The notes beneath the pieces are model-generated. The model saw only the letters and a program-made list of their open reading frames with translations, did no database searches and was not told the DNA's origin. Of a DNA stretch of 64,000 nucleotides, positions 1 through 8,256 are shown piece after piece. The position numbers and the translations under genes were made by a program. Source of the DNA: an uncultured Acidobacteriota bacterium. GTDB taxonomy: Bacteria; Acidobacteriota; Thermoanaerobaculia; UBA5066; Gp7-AA6. Location of the stretch: NCBI GenBank assembly GCA_963815865.1, contig CAWFIK010000006.1, positions 284,854 to 348,853 on the forward strand. The letters run 5' to 3'. The number at the start of each line of letters is the position of its first letter. Positions within the stretch are counted from its first letter, which is position 1.

Positions 1-158
1 AACGTCTCTCCCTTCGGACAGACCATCACCACCTGCGGCTTGTAGACACGCTCCACGAAAAATGTCCTCATCGGGATCTCGTGCCTCGGGCAGGGAGAGG
101 GGCGGTCCTTCCAGAACGCGGACACCAGCTTCGACTTGTCCGTCAGCGATAAAGCCAT
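1..158 (-). CDS. hypothetical protein, N-terminal fragment (gene continues past the left edge)
   Basis: An ATG at 158 (minus strand) opens MALSLTDKSKLVSAFWKDRPSPCPRHEIPMRTFFVERVYKPQVVMVCPKGETF, which stays open to position 1. No family recognised. Confidence 0.35.
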   Translation of the reverse strand, partial: MALSLTDKSKLVSAFWKDRPSPCPRHEIPMRTFFVERVYKPQVVMVCPKGET

Positions 159-188
159 CGAGGGAATTATAAGAGATCGCTACGCAAG

Positions 189-806
189 CTAAAGCGCGGC
201 AAACGGGTTGAGCCGCCGTTCCTCTCCGATCGTGGTACCGGCTCCGTGTCCGCAGACAACGGGTGTCGTCCCGGGGAGGGTGAAGAGTTTCGCGCGGATG
301 GAGTCGAGGATTGCTTCGCTGTCGCCGCCCCAGAGATCGGTGCGGCCAATGGAGCGGCGGAAGAGCGTGTCTCCGGCGAAGAGCACGGGCTCGTCCCCTT
401 CCAGGAGGAAGCAGACGGAACCGGGCGTGTGCCCCGGCGTATGGATGGCGAGGAGCGACGCGCTTCCGAAACGGATCCGTTCGCCGTCGGAGATCGGAGG
501 GCCCGGGGGGAGCGGCGGACCGGCCGAGAGGCCGAAGAAGGACGCCTGCTCCTCCAGCTTGTCGTAGAGCGGCCGATCGGCGGCATGGAGTCGGATGGGT
601 GCTCCCGTCAGCTCCGAGAGCCGCGCGGATCCGCTGATGTGGTCGAAGTGCGCGTGCGTGTGGAGGAGCGCGATCGCTGAGGCGCCCGCGCCTGAGAGCG
701 CCGTCGCGATCCGTTCCGCCTCGTCTCCCGGGTCCACGACGACCGCTTGCCCGGAGGCCGTGTCCGCGATGATCGAGCAGTTCGTGGCAAGCGGCCCAAC
801 TGCCAT
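189..806 (-). CDS. MBL-fold metallo-hydrolase (glyoxalase II / YcbL-like)
   Basis: From ORF 189..977. I trimmed it to the internal ATG (MAVGPLATNCSIIAD...), giving about 205 aa. It carries the HTHAHFDH metal-binding motif and a TPGHTPGS motif. Confidence 0.85.
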   Translation of the reverse strand: MAVGPLATNCSIIADTASGQAVVVDPGDEAERIATALSGAGASAIALLHTHAHFDHISGSARLSELTGAPIRLHAADRPLYDKLEEQASFFGLSAGPPLPPGPPISDGERIRFGSASLLAIHTPGHTPGSVCFLLEGDEPVLFAGDTLFRRSIGRTDLWGGDSEAILDSIRAKLFTLPGTTPVVCGHGAGTTIGEERRLNPFAAL

Positions 807-827
807 CGTCTCGATGCGGATTCCTTC

Positions 828-867
828 CCCCAGTCTCCCAGTCCCCCCGTCTCCCAGTCTCTCCCGG
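828..867. repeat. tandem octamer repeat (CCCAGTCT-like, 4-5 units) in the spacer between two minus-strand genes
   Basis: Read directly as cccagtct cccagtcc ccccgtct cccagtct ctcccggt. It is C-rich on the plus strand and has no obvious G-rich partner arm nearby. Confidence 0.7.
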
Positions 868-874
868 TCGCCTT

Positions 875-1279
875 TCACGGCTTCACCGCGACGACGGCGT
901 CCACGTCGTGTCGCTCTTTTCGGGCAGGAGAGGCCCAGACCTTGACGGGCGAAGAGAGGTTCAGCTGCACCGCCCACTCGTCGTTGTCCGGGCGGCGGTA
1001 CTCGGAGGCGAAGAGCTTGCGGCGGCTCCTCGGCGTGAAGATCTCCCAGCGGATGTACCCGAAGTCCGCGGTCGTCCCCTCGAGGGAGAACGACGGGATC
1101 TTCTCGCCGGGCTCGATCTCCGCCTCGCGAACGGTCATCGGCCGGAACCCGTTGGCCGCGAGGCGTTCCTCGAACTCCGAACGAACCGACTTGCCGCGAT
1201 AGATCAGGGAGTGCCGTCCGCGCGTCACCCCGCGTCCCAGAATCAAGTCGTCGAGGGCTTCGGCCAGCTCCAGATCCAC
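875..1279 (-). CDS. hypothetical protein (134 aa)
   Basis: Intact ORF with a GTG start. No motif recognised. It is transcribed divergently from the methyltransferase gene. Confidence 0.5.
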   Translation of the reverse strand: MDLELAEALDDLILGRGVTRGRHSLIYRGKSVRSEFEERLAANGFRPMTVREAEIEPGEKIPSFSLEGTTADFGYIRWEIFTPRSRRKLFASEYRRPDNDEWAVQLNLSSPVKVWASPARKERHDVDAVVAVKP

Positions 1280-1284
1280 GGAAG

Positions 1285-1310
1285 CGATTCTAGAACGGGG
1301 CCTAGAATCG
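1285..1310. promoter_or_regulatory. perfect 9-bp inverted repeat CGATTCTAG-N8-CTAGAATCG containing two outward-facing TAGAAT -10-like hexamers
   Basis: It lies in the 41-bp divergent spacer. TAGAAT at 1303-1308 is 12 nt before ATG 1321. TAGAAT on the minus strand (1292 to 1287) is 7 nt before GTG 1279. Confidence 0.45.
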
Positions 1311-1320
1311 GAGACCGCCC

Positions 1321-2301
1321 ATGATCGGCGAGACCGCCACGACGAGCTTCCACGCGGACTATGTCTGCCCGGCCTGTCATCGGCCGCTCGTGTCGGCGAA
1401 CGATTCCCTGCATTGCGGGGATTGCCGAGCCTCCTATCCTCTCGACAGCGGCATCGCGGATTTCTCCGGGGGCCGCTATTACGACAACTTCGTCCCCGGC
1501 CAGGAGCTCCCGGCGGAACATCTCGCGGCCCTCGCCGACGAGGTGCCGGGCGCGGTTTCGAGGATCCGGGACTTCTATCTCCCGCTGCTCGAGAAGCGGG
1601 TCCGCAAGCCGGGCGTGCCCCTTCGGTCGATCCGGGTCCTCGATTGTGGCTGCGGAAACGGCATGACCGTGGACCTCCTCCGGGAAGCGGGATTCGAGGC
1701 GTGGGGCAACGACTCCTCCGCTCTCCGAAAATGGCAGTGGAGAGAGCGGGAGAGCCGCGGGCATCTGGCGGTCGCCGAGGGCTCGCGGCTGCCGTTTCGC
1801 GACGGGCACTTCGACGCGGTCATCTGCTCGGGAGTCCTGGAGCACATCGGCGTGAGCGAGCTCGGCGGAGAGCGGTACGTCGTCAATCCGCTGCCCGATC
1901 GAGACGAGCGCCGCCGGGATTTTCTGAGAGAGCTCCTTCGCGTCGTTGACGCGGATGGCCGGGTCTGGGTCGATTTCCCCAATGGGGCCTTCCCGATCGA
2001 CTTCTGGCACGGAGCGATCTCGGGGCGCGGCGCACGCTGGCACGGCCGGCGCGAGGGGTTCCTGCCGACCGTGGGCGAAGTGCTAGGGTACCTGGCGGCG
2101 ATCGGCCCGGAGCTGGGCGTCCGGGCTCTCGGCCCCCACCGAAGACTTCGTCTCATCCGGGTCCGCAGGCACTGGTATGGGCGACTACTCAATCTCCCCG
2201 CGCGCCTCCTCCTGCGGTTTCTGAGCCTGCCGCCGGCGAGCCGCCTGGCCGGGTCCGGCCTCAATCCTTACCTCGTGCTGGAGATCCGCCGGACGAAATA
2301 G
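1321..2301 (+). CDS. class I SAM-dependent methyltransferase with N-terminal Trm112-like zinc ribbon
   Basis: It has CPAC...CGDC at the N-terminus, the VLDCGCGNGM motif I, and the overall layout of the methyltransferase type 11 family. Confidence 0.85.
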   Translation: MIGETATTSFHADYVCPACHRPLVSANDSLHCGDCRASYPLDSGIADFSGGRYYDNFVPGQELPAEHLAALADEVPGAVSRIRDFYLPLLEKRVRKPGVPLRSIRVLDCGCGNGMTVDLLREAGFEAWGNDSSALRKWQWRERESRGHLAVAEGSRLPFRDGHFDAVICSGVLEHIGVSELGGERYVVNPLPDRDERRRDFLRELLRVVDADGRVWVDFPNGAFPIDFWHGAISGRGARWHGRREGFLPTVGEVLGYLAAIGPELGVRALGPHRRLRLIRVRRHWYGRLLNLPARLLLRFLSLPPASRLAGSGLNPYLVLEIRRTK

Positions 2302-2310
2302 ACTCGGCCG

Positions 2311-2775
2311 ATGCTCTCGCTTGCGGGACGTGTTCTCCGGATCTGTCTGGCGCTCTGGGTCGGTGGGACGCTCGTCGTCGTCCTGGCCGCCCCCGTGCTC
2401 TTCCGGCGGATCGGTTCGCGCGACCTCGCCGGCGACGTCTTCGGGGAGATCCTGCGGCGGTTCGAGGCCGTGAAGCACGTCCTCTCGCTTTTGCTCGTTC
2501 TCGCGGTCTTCGTCGAGCTCGAACAGACCCGCGGATTCGCCGGTCAGTCCGCCGTGACCGACATCGCCATCTTCGTGGCCGTCGCGACCAACGTGTACCT
2601 GGCGATGGTCGTCCGGCCGAGGATGAACTACTTCCGAATGAAGGTCGGCTCCTTCGACACCGCGTCGCCGGACGATCCCTGGAAAATGCGCTTCGATCGC
2701 CTTCACCGCCGCTCGACGAGGATTCTGGTTCTGGGTTGGCTCGCGGCGGCAGTCGCCCTCGCGTTCGGGGCGTAA
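2311..2775 (+). CDS. small integral membrane protein (possibly DUF4149/TMEM205-like)
   Basis: Intact 154-aa ORF with about 4 hydrophobic helices. The family assignment is from memory only. Confidence 0.5.
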   Translation: MLSLAGRVLRICLALWVGGTLVVVLAAPVLFRRIGSRDLAGDVFGEILRRFEAVKHVLSLLLVLAVFVELEQTRGFAGQSAVTDIAIFVAVATNVYLAMVVRPRMNYFRMKVGSFDTASPDDPWKMRFDRLHRRSTRILVLGWLAAAVALAFGA

Positions 2776-2782
2776 GGGTGGG

Positions 2783-3160
2783 CTACCTAGTCTTCGCGAT
2801 CAGGTCGATCTCGACCACCGCTCCCTTGGGGAGCGCGGCGACGATCACGGTCGAGCGAGCGGGGCGGTGATCGCCGAAGCGCCGGGCATAGACCGCGTTC
2901 ATCGCGGAGAAGTCCTCCGCCCGGACGAGGAAGACGGTCGTCCTGACGACGTCGGCGAATTTCAGCCCGCCCGCCTTCAGGACCCCTTCGATGTTGTCGA
3001 GCACGCGTTCGGTCGCGGCTTCGATGCTGCCCGTGACGAGCTCTCCCGTCGCCGGATCGAGCGGAATCTGTCCCGACGCGAAGAGGAATCCCCCCTCCAC
3101 GACGGCTTGCGAATAAGGCCCGATCGCCTTCGGCGCGTCCTCCGTGGCCAGGAACTTCAT
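2783..3160 (-). CDS. ridA: RidA family reactive-intermediate deaminase (YjgF/TdcF)
   Basis: 125 aa. APKAIGPYSQAV...ASGQIPLDPATGELV is a typical RidA sequence. Confidence 0.93.
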   Translation of the reverse strand: MKFLATEDAPKAIGPYSQAVVEGGFLFASGQIPLDPATGELVTGSIEAATERVLDNIEGVLKAGGLKFADVVRTTVFLVRAEDFSAMNAVYARRFGDHRPARSTVIVAALPKGAVVEIDLIAKTR

Positions 3161-3164
3161 TGTT

Positions 3165-3256
3165 GAGGTGGTAGGTGGAGGGTGTTAGGTGACAGGGAAA
3201 AGCCTCTTCTCACGTGTCTTACCCTATCATCTGCCACCTACGACCTCCCCACCTTC
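3165..3256. repeat. heptad-repeat inverted element, GGTGNNA type
   Basis: The G-rich arm reads GGTGGTA GGTGGAG GGTGTTA GGTGACA. Positions 3165-3178 are complementary to 3234-3247 in 13 of 14 positions. The C-rich arm overlaps the last codons and the stop codon of hpt. Confidence 0.65.
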
Positions 3257-3778
3257 GCCGTCGGGCACGAGGATACCGATGAAGGGGAGATTCCGGTAGG
3301 ACTCGGCGAAATCGAGGCCGTAGCCGACGACGAAGTGATCGTCGATGGTGAAGCCGAGGTAGTCCACCGGGATGTTCTCGTTTCCCGGGATCCTCTTCTT
3401 GAGCAACGCGCAGATCTTGACGGACCGGGGATGGCGCGTGCCCAGGATCTCAATGATCTTGTTGAGCGTCCTGCCGGTGTCCACGATGTCTTCCACGATG
3501 ACGACCTCCCGCCCGGCGACGTCGGTCGAGAGGTCTCGCACGAGCTGGACGTTGCCGGAGGACTTGGTCCCCGATCCGTAGGAGGAGACCTGGAGAAAAT
3601 CGAGCGAGACGGGCGTTTTGAGTCGCTTGGCGAGATCGCAGAGAAAGAAGATGGAGCCTTTCAGGATCCCGACGAGCAGCACGGGGCGGCCGTTCTGATC
3701 GCGGTCCATCTCGGACGCGATGCGGGAGATTCCTTCCTCCAGCGTCGCCGTGTCTATGAGCGTGGGGCCGAGCTTCAT
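3227..3778 (-). CDS. hpt: hypoxanthine phosphoribosyltransferase
   Basis: It has the PRPP-binding motif VVIVEDIVDTGRTL and a YRNLPFIG C-terminal motif. I trimmed the ORF to the MKLGPTLID start. Confidence 0.93.
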   Translation of the reverse strand: MKLGPTLIDTATLEEGISRIASEMDRDQNGRPVLLVGILKGSIFFLCDLAKRLKTPVSLDFLQVSSYGSGTKSSGNVQLVRDLSTDVAGREVVIVEDIVDTGRTLNKIIEILGTRHPRSVKICALLKKRIPGNENIPVDYLGFTIDDHFVVGYGLDFAESYRNLPFIGILVPDGEGGEVVGGR

Positions 3779-3848
3779 GCATGCCCCGGAGAGAGGGCGC
3801 CGGCGCGGACCTCCGGAGATACAATTAGAACGCACGTCGCCATATTCA

Positions 3849-5307
3849 ATGTCTACGGAATCACAACCTCTCCAGCGAGACTATATCCGGCTCACGGAGC
3901 GGTTCAAGGCGCTCTCCACGTTCGACCAGTTTCTCCAGGGAGTTCACCGAGCGTTCCTTCCCGCCCGCGCCGCACGCACGGCGGATCTCGAGCCGCTCTA
4001 CAACGAGTTGAAGCGTCTCTCCACGGCGGACCGCACAGAGGAGGAGAATCCGGCGCCCGCGATCCGCGAGCTGGAAGCGAAGTTCGACGCCGCCGCGGCC
4101 GAGCTCCGTACCGCGGACGTCTCGCTGTCGCCTTCTCTAACACGCCGTTACTTCGAGAAGGTCCGTCCCTCCGATCCGAGGATTCCCTTCTACCTCCTCC
4201 GCTTCTACGCGTCGCACGCGCAGACCGACGAGGACTTGCTCGACAAGGTGGACTACCTGGCGACCGTCCTGGCTGGCGGCGGCCCCGATCCCGCGGGGGC
4301 GCATCCGAGACCTCGCGCCGAGGTCCGCAAGCTCTTCGACTCGGTCCTCGCGGGCGCGGCGTGGCCGCGCATCGACGACGATACGGCGGCCGAGATCGCG
4401 CGGGCCTTCGACGAGCTCGCCTCGCAGATCGCATCCTCGTCCGGGTTCGGCAACCTCGCCGAGGAGGGGTGGATCGAGAGCCTGCGCAACTTCAAGCGGC
4501 AGGTCACGCGGGGCCTGTCGCATCCGGAGATCCTCACGTCCGTGGCCCTCTGCAATGTGACTGCGCGAGCCGCCTTCCGGCGCCTCTACGAGCGGGAGGA
4601 GCGAATTCTGCCGAGGGGTCTCGAGCCGGATCGAAGAGCTGGAACAGCGGATCTCTTCCGGGGACGTCGAGGATGCCGCGGCGCTGCGCGTGTTCCTTGA
4701 ATCTCGCCGCGAGTTGGATCGGCAGGTCGCGGAAGGCTCGGTCCGCTGGCGGCAGCTCCTCGAGGTCCGGCAGGCGGCGTCGGAGGCGATCAAGATGCTC
4801 GGCCTGGCCGAGCCCGGGGAAGAGGACGACAACGCGGATTCTCCGGCCGGCTTCGGCGAGCTGGAGGATCCCTTCTGGGGCCCCTGCGTCCGTCGGGTGC
4901 TTTCGACTCTCGGCGGCGACGGCGCCGCCCCGCCTCCCGATGCGCCGGGGAACCTCGCGCAGTGGAAGCTCGAAGCCTCGGAGATGGACGCCGCGCGCCG
5001 CCTGATCGCCGGGGAGCGCCTCTCGAAGGGGGACCGCGCCGTCCTCTGCGCCGCGTCGCTTCGAATCAAGGCGGAGGGAGAGGCGAGTTCGGCCCTCGAG
5101 TTCGCAGCCTCCCAGCTCCCCTCGGACCTTCTGACAGAGGCCCGGGAGACCCTCGCCCATGCCCTGGAGCTCGACCGCGCGTTCGCGGCGCTCGCCGGAA
5201 GCGTCCGGTCCCCCGATGAATCGGGTGAGCAGGTGCGTTCCTGGACGCGCACGCGGATGCGCCTGCTCCACGCCACATCGGCTCTCTGGCTCGCGCTCGA
5301 CGAATAG
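3849..5307 (+). CDS. conserved-looking hypothetical protein (about 486 aa), one frameshift near 4615
   Basis: It starts at MSTESQPLQRDYIRL. ORF 3720..4700 continues in ORF 4690..5307 after a shift at a GGGG run. It is helical and acidic, and I recognise no family. Confidence 0.5.
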
Positions 5308-5354
5308 CCGACGCTTAGACTTTAGACCGGCCTTTCGACCATACTTCGCGGCCG

Positions 5355-6896
5355 ATGGAGGATTCACCGCGGGGAGCACCGACACAGCCGGAGGGTTCGG
5401 CGGAGGCGGATCTCGTCCAGAACCGGTTGAACAATTTCCGGCGGATCCGCGAGATGGCGGATCCCTACCCGTTCGCCTATCCCCTGACGGATTCCATCTC
5501 GGAGATCGTCTCGCGGCACGGCGAGAAGCCGGCGGAGGAGCTGGAAAAGAGCGCGACGGTGGTCCGGACGGCCGGCAGGATCCTGGCGCAGCGAAACCAG
5601 GGAAAGGCGGGGTTCCTCGATCTCTCGGACGGATCGGCGCGGCTTCAGATCTACGTTCGGAAGGACGCGGTCGGGGAGCAGGGGTGGGAGCTCTATCGCG
5701 CTCTCGATCTGGGCGACTGGATCGGGGTCGAGGGAGACGTCTTCCGCACGCGCACCGGAGAGCTTTCGGTCAAGGCGCGCCGGCTGACGTTTCTCGCCAA
5801 GTGCCTCCGCCCGCTGCCGGAGAAGTGGCACGGCCTGAAGGACGTGGAGCGGCGCTACCGGCAGCGATATCTCGACCTGGCCGTGAACCCGGAATCGCGC
5901 GCCGTCTTCGAGAAGCGCGCGGCGATCATTCGCTTCCTCCGCAATTTCCTCGACTCCCGCGGATACCTCGAGGTGGAGACGCCGATGATGCAGCCGATCC
6001 CGGGCGGCGCGCTCGCACGCCCCTTCGTGACGCACCACAACGCCCTCGACCTCGAGCTCTTCCTGAGGATCGCGCCGGAGCTGTATCTCAAGCGGCTCGT
6101 CGTGGGAGGCGTGCCGCGGGTCTACGAGATCAACCGCAACTTTCGCAACGAGGGGATCTCGACGCAGCACAACCCGGAATTCACGATGCTCGAGTTTTAC
6201 GAGGCCTACTCCCGCGCGGACGACCTGATGGCGCTGACTGAAGAGATGCTCTCGACGCTCGTCCGGGAGGTGACCGGCGCCTCCAAGACGGCCTGGGGGA
6301 GCGAGACGATCTCCTGGGAGCCGCCGTACCGCCGAGTCACGATGCGGCACGCGGTGCTGGAGGCGACGAGGACCGACGCGCGGGGCCCGGTCACGCAGGA
6401 TGAGCTCTCCGACGCCGCGGGGCTCCTGGCGGCGGCGCGGCGGTTCGGCGTCGAGAAGCCGGAGCGGTTCGCCGGCAAGAAGGGAAAGCTCCTGGCGGAG
6501 CTCTTCGAGACCGTCGCCGAATCCCGGTTCGTCCAGCCCACGTTCCTGCACGAGTTCCCGACGGAGATCTCGCCCCTCTCCAAGCAGGACCCGAAGGACC
6601 CGGAATGGGTGGACCGCTTCGAGCTCTATGCCGCGGGGATGGAGATCGCCAACGGGTTCTCCGAGTTGAACGACCCGGTCGAGCAGGAGGCGCGATTCGG
6701 CCAGCAGGTGCGGGAGCGCGAAGAGGGAGACCTCGAGGCGCCCCCCTTCGACAGCGACTATGTCGATGCCCTCCGCTACGGCATGCCGCCGACAGCGGGG
6801 GAGGGACTCGGCATCGATCGCCTCACGATGCTCCTGACCGACAAGCATTCGATCCGCGACGTCATTCTCTTCCCCCTCCTGAGACCCAGGACGTGA
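5355..6896 (+). CDS. lysS: lysine--tRNA ligase (class II)
   Basis: Intact 513 aa. It has an OB-fold N-terminus and class II motifs (FRNEG, ELYAAGMEIANGFSELNDP, GLGIDRL). Confidence 0.96.
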   Translation: MEDSPRGAPTQPEGSAEADLVQNRLNNFRRIREMADPYPFAYPLTDSISEIVSRHGEKPAEELEKSATVVRTAGRILAQRNQGKAGFLDLSDGSARLQIYVRKDAVGEQGWELYRALDLGDWIGVEGDVFRTRTGELSVKARRLTFLAKCLRPLPEKWHGLKDVERRYRQRYLDLAVNPESRAVFEKRAAIIRFLRNFLDSRGYLEVETPMMQPIPGGALARPFVTHHNALDLELFLRIAPELYLKRLVVGGVPRVYEINRNFRNEGISTQHNPEFTMLEFYEAYSRADDLMALTEEMLSTLVREVTGASKTAWGSETISWEPPYRRVTMRHAVLEATRTDARGPVTQDELSDAAGLLAAARRFGVEKPERFAGKKGKLLAELFETVAESRFVQPTFLHEFPTEISPLSKQDPKDPEWVDRFELYAAGMEIANGFSELNDPVEQEARFGQQVREREEGDLEAPPFDSDYVDALRYGMPPTAGEGLGIDRLTMLLTDKHSIRDVILFPLLRPRT

Positions 6897-6905
6897 GCCG
6901 GCACG

Positions 6906-6980
6906 CGGGACTCGGAACTCGGAACTCGAAGACGGGTCCCGCTCTCGACTCGAGTCCCGTGTCCCGAGTCCCGAGTCCCG
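6906..6980. repeat. heptad-repeat hairpin element, GGGACTC/GGAACTC type
   Basis: CGGGACTCGG (6906-6915) pairs perfectly with CCGAGTCCCG (6971-6980). Both arms are tandem heptamers. The element lies between the lysS stop and the lolC/E start. Confidence 0.75.
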
Positions 6981-6987
6981 ATCTTCC

Positions 6988-8169
6988 ATGAGTTACGAAA
7001 CCTTCATCGCGCTTCGCTACCTCGCGGCCTCGCGCAAGAGCGCGCACGTCGCACTGATCTCAACCATCTCGATCTGCGGTCTGGCCGTCGGCGTCGCGGC
7101 GCTGATCATCTCGCTCGCGCTCCTGTCGGGATTCCAGGACCGGATCCGCGCGCAGATGGCGCTGCGTTCGCCGCACCTGGTCGTCTCGCCCGCTCGCGGA
7201 GACCGGCTGGAGGACCCGCAGCTGGTCGCCCGGACGCTCGCCGCCCTGCCGGGCGTCCTTTCCGTGGATCCGGTCATCGAGGGGCGCGGCTGGCTCGGCG
7301 ACGCCTCGGGGCGAAACGCTGTGCCCGTGCGCTACCGCAATGTCTCGGAGGGACCGCTGCGGCTCTCCGGCGAAGACGCCCCGCCGGCGCGGGTCTCGGG
7401 CAGCGCCGCCTCGCGCGTCGGAGCGGTGCGGGGAGCCTTGCTCCGCGTCCTCTCTTCGCACTCCCGGCTCTCTCCGATCGGGCCGGTCCCGATCGCCGTC
7501 CTCGTCCGCGTCGCCGAGATCCGGCGCGCGAGCGCTCTGGAGAAGGCGCCGGACCTCGAAGTTCCGGAGCCGACGGCGCGCCTCCTGGCGGGCCTCCCCG
7601 TCGGCGCGCAGGCCTACGAGGCCCGGCTCTCCGATCCGAACACAGCCGAGACCGCGGCGCGCGCCGCGTCGGCGCGGCTCCCCGCGGCCTACCGCGTGCT
7701 CACATGGAGAGAATTGAACGCGCCCCTCTCCTTCGCGCTCCGCCTGGAGAAGGCGGTCATCTTCGCGACGGTCGCGCTCGTCATCGTCGTCGCGGCCCTG
7801 AACGTCGTCTCGAACATCGCGCTCCTCGTCGTCGAGAAGAAGCGAGATCTCGGCGTCCTCGTGTCGCTCGGCGCCGTGCCGGGATCGCTCTCGAAGATCT
7901 ATCTGATTCTGGGAGGACTGATCGGCGGGATCGGAACCATTGCCGGGATCCTCGTGGGCGTCGTCGCGTCGGTGCTCCTCGACCGGTTCCACGCGGTCCC
8001 TCTTCCCGCCGACGTGTATCTCCTCTCGCACGTCCCCTTCGCGGTCCATCCGCGCGAGGTCTTCCTCGTGACCCTCTTCGCCCTCGCGACCGCCCTCGCC
8101 GCCGCGGTGCTGCCCGCCCGCGCCGCGGCCAGAATCGCGCCCGCCGAAGCGATTCGACTTTCCCGATGA
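6988..8169 (+). CDS. lipoprotein-releasing ABC transporter permease (LolC/LolE family, FtsX-like)
   Basis: Intact 393 aa. It has the typical FIALRYL N-terminus, a large periplasmic loop and a C-terminal FtsX domain. Confidence 0.85.
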   Translation: MSYETFIALRYLAASRKSAHVALISTISICGLAVGVAALIISLALLSGFQDRIRAQMALRSPHLVVSPARGDRLEDPQLVARTLAALPGVLSVDPVIEGRGWLGDASGRNAVPVRYRNVSEGPLRLSGEDAPPARVSGSAASRVGAVRGALLRVLSSHSRLSPIGPVPIAVLVRVAEIRRASALEKAPDLEVPEPTARLLAGLPVGAQAYEARLSDPNTAETAARAASARLPAAYRVLTWRELNAPLSFALRLEKAVIFATVALVIVVAALNVVSNIALLVVEKKRDLGVLVSLGAVPGSLSKIYLILGGLIGGIGTIAGILVGVVASVLLDRFHAVPLPADVYLLSHVPFAVHPREVFLVTLFALATALAAAVLPARAAARIAPAEAIRLSR

Positions 8170-8170
8170 A

Positions 8171-8247
8171 GGTGGCAGGTGTTAGGTGGTAGGTGTCCGG
8201 GACGTGAGCTCAGGCCCCTGCCACCCACCACCTTCCACCTACCGCCT
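8171..8247. repeat. heptad-repeat inverted element, GGTGNNA type
   Basis: The arm reads GGTGGCA GGTGTTA GGTGGTA. Positions 8171-8179 are complementary to 8217-8225 (9 of 9). Positions 8184-8195 are complementary to 8236-8247 (11 of 12). It lies between lolC/E and lolD. Confidence 0.7.
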
Positions 8248-8256
8248 CCAACCACG

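Noticed and set aside
5317-5331. A shared motif, CTTAGACTTTAGACC upstream of lysS and CTTAGACTTTGACC at 25037-25050 next to the rpsT stop.
   Set aside because: There are only two short, imperfect copies and no associated secondary structure that I could verify. It may belong to the tandem-repeat family (TTAGAC units), but on its own it is too short to call.
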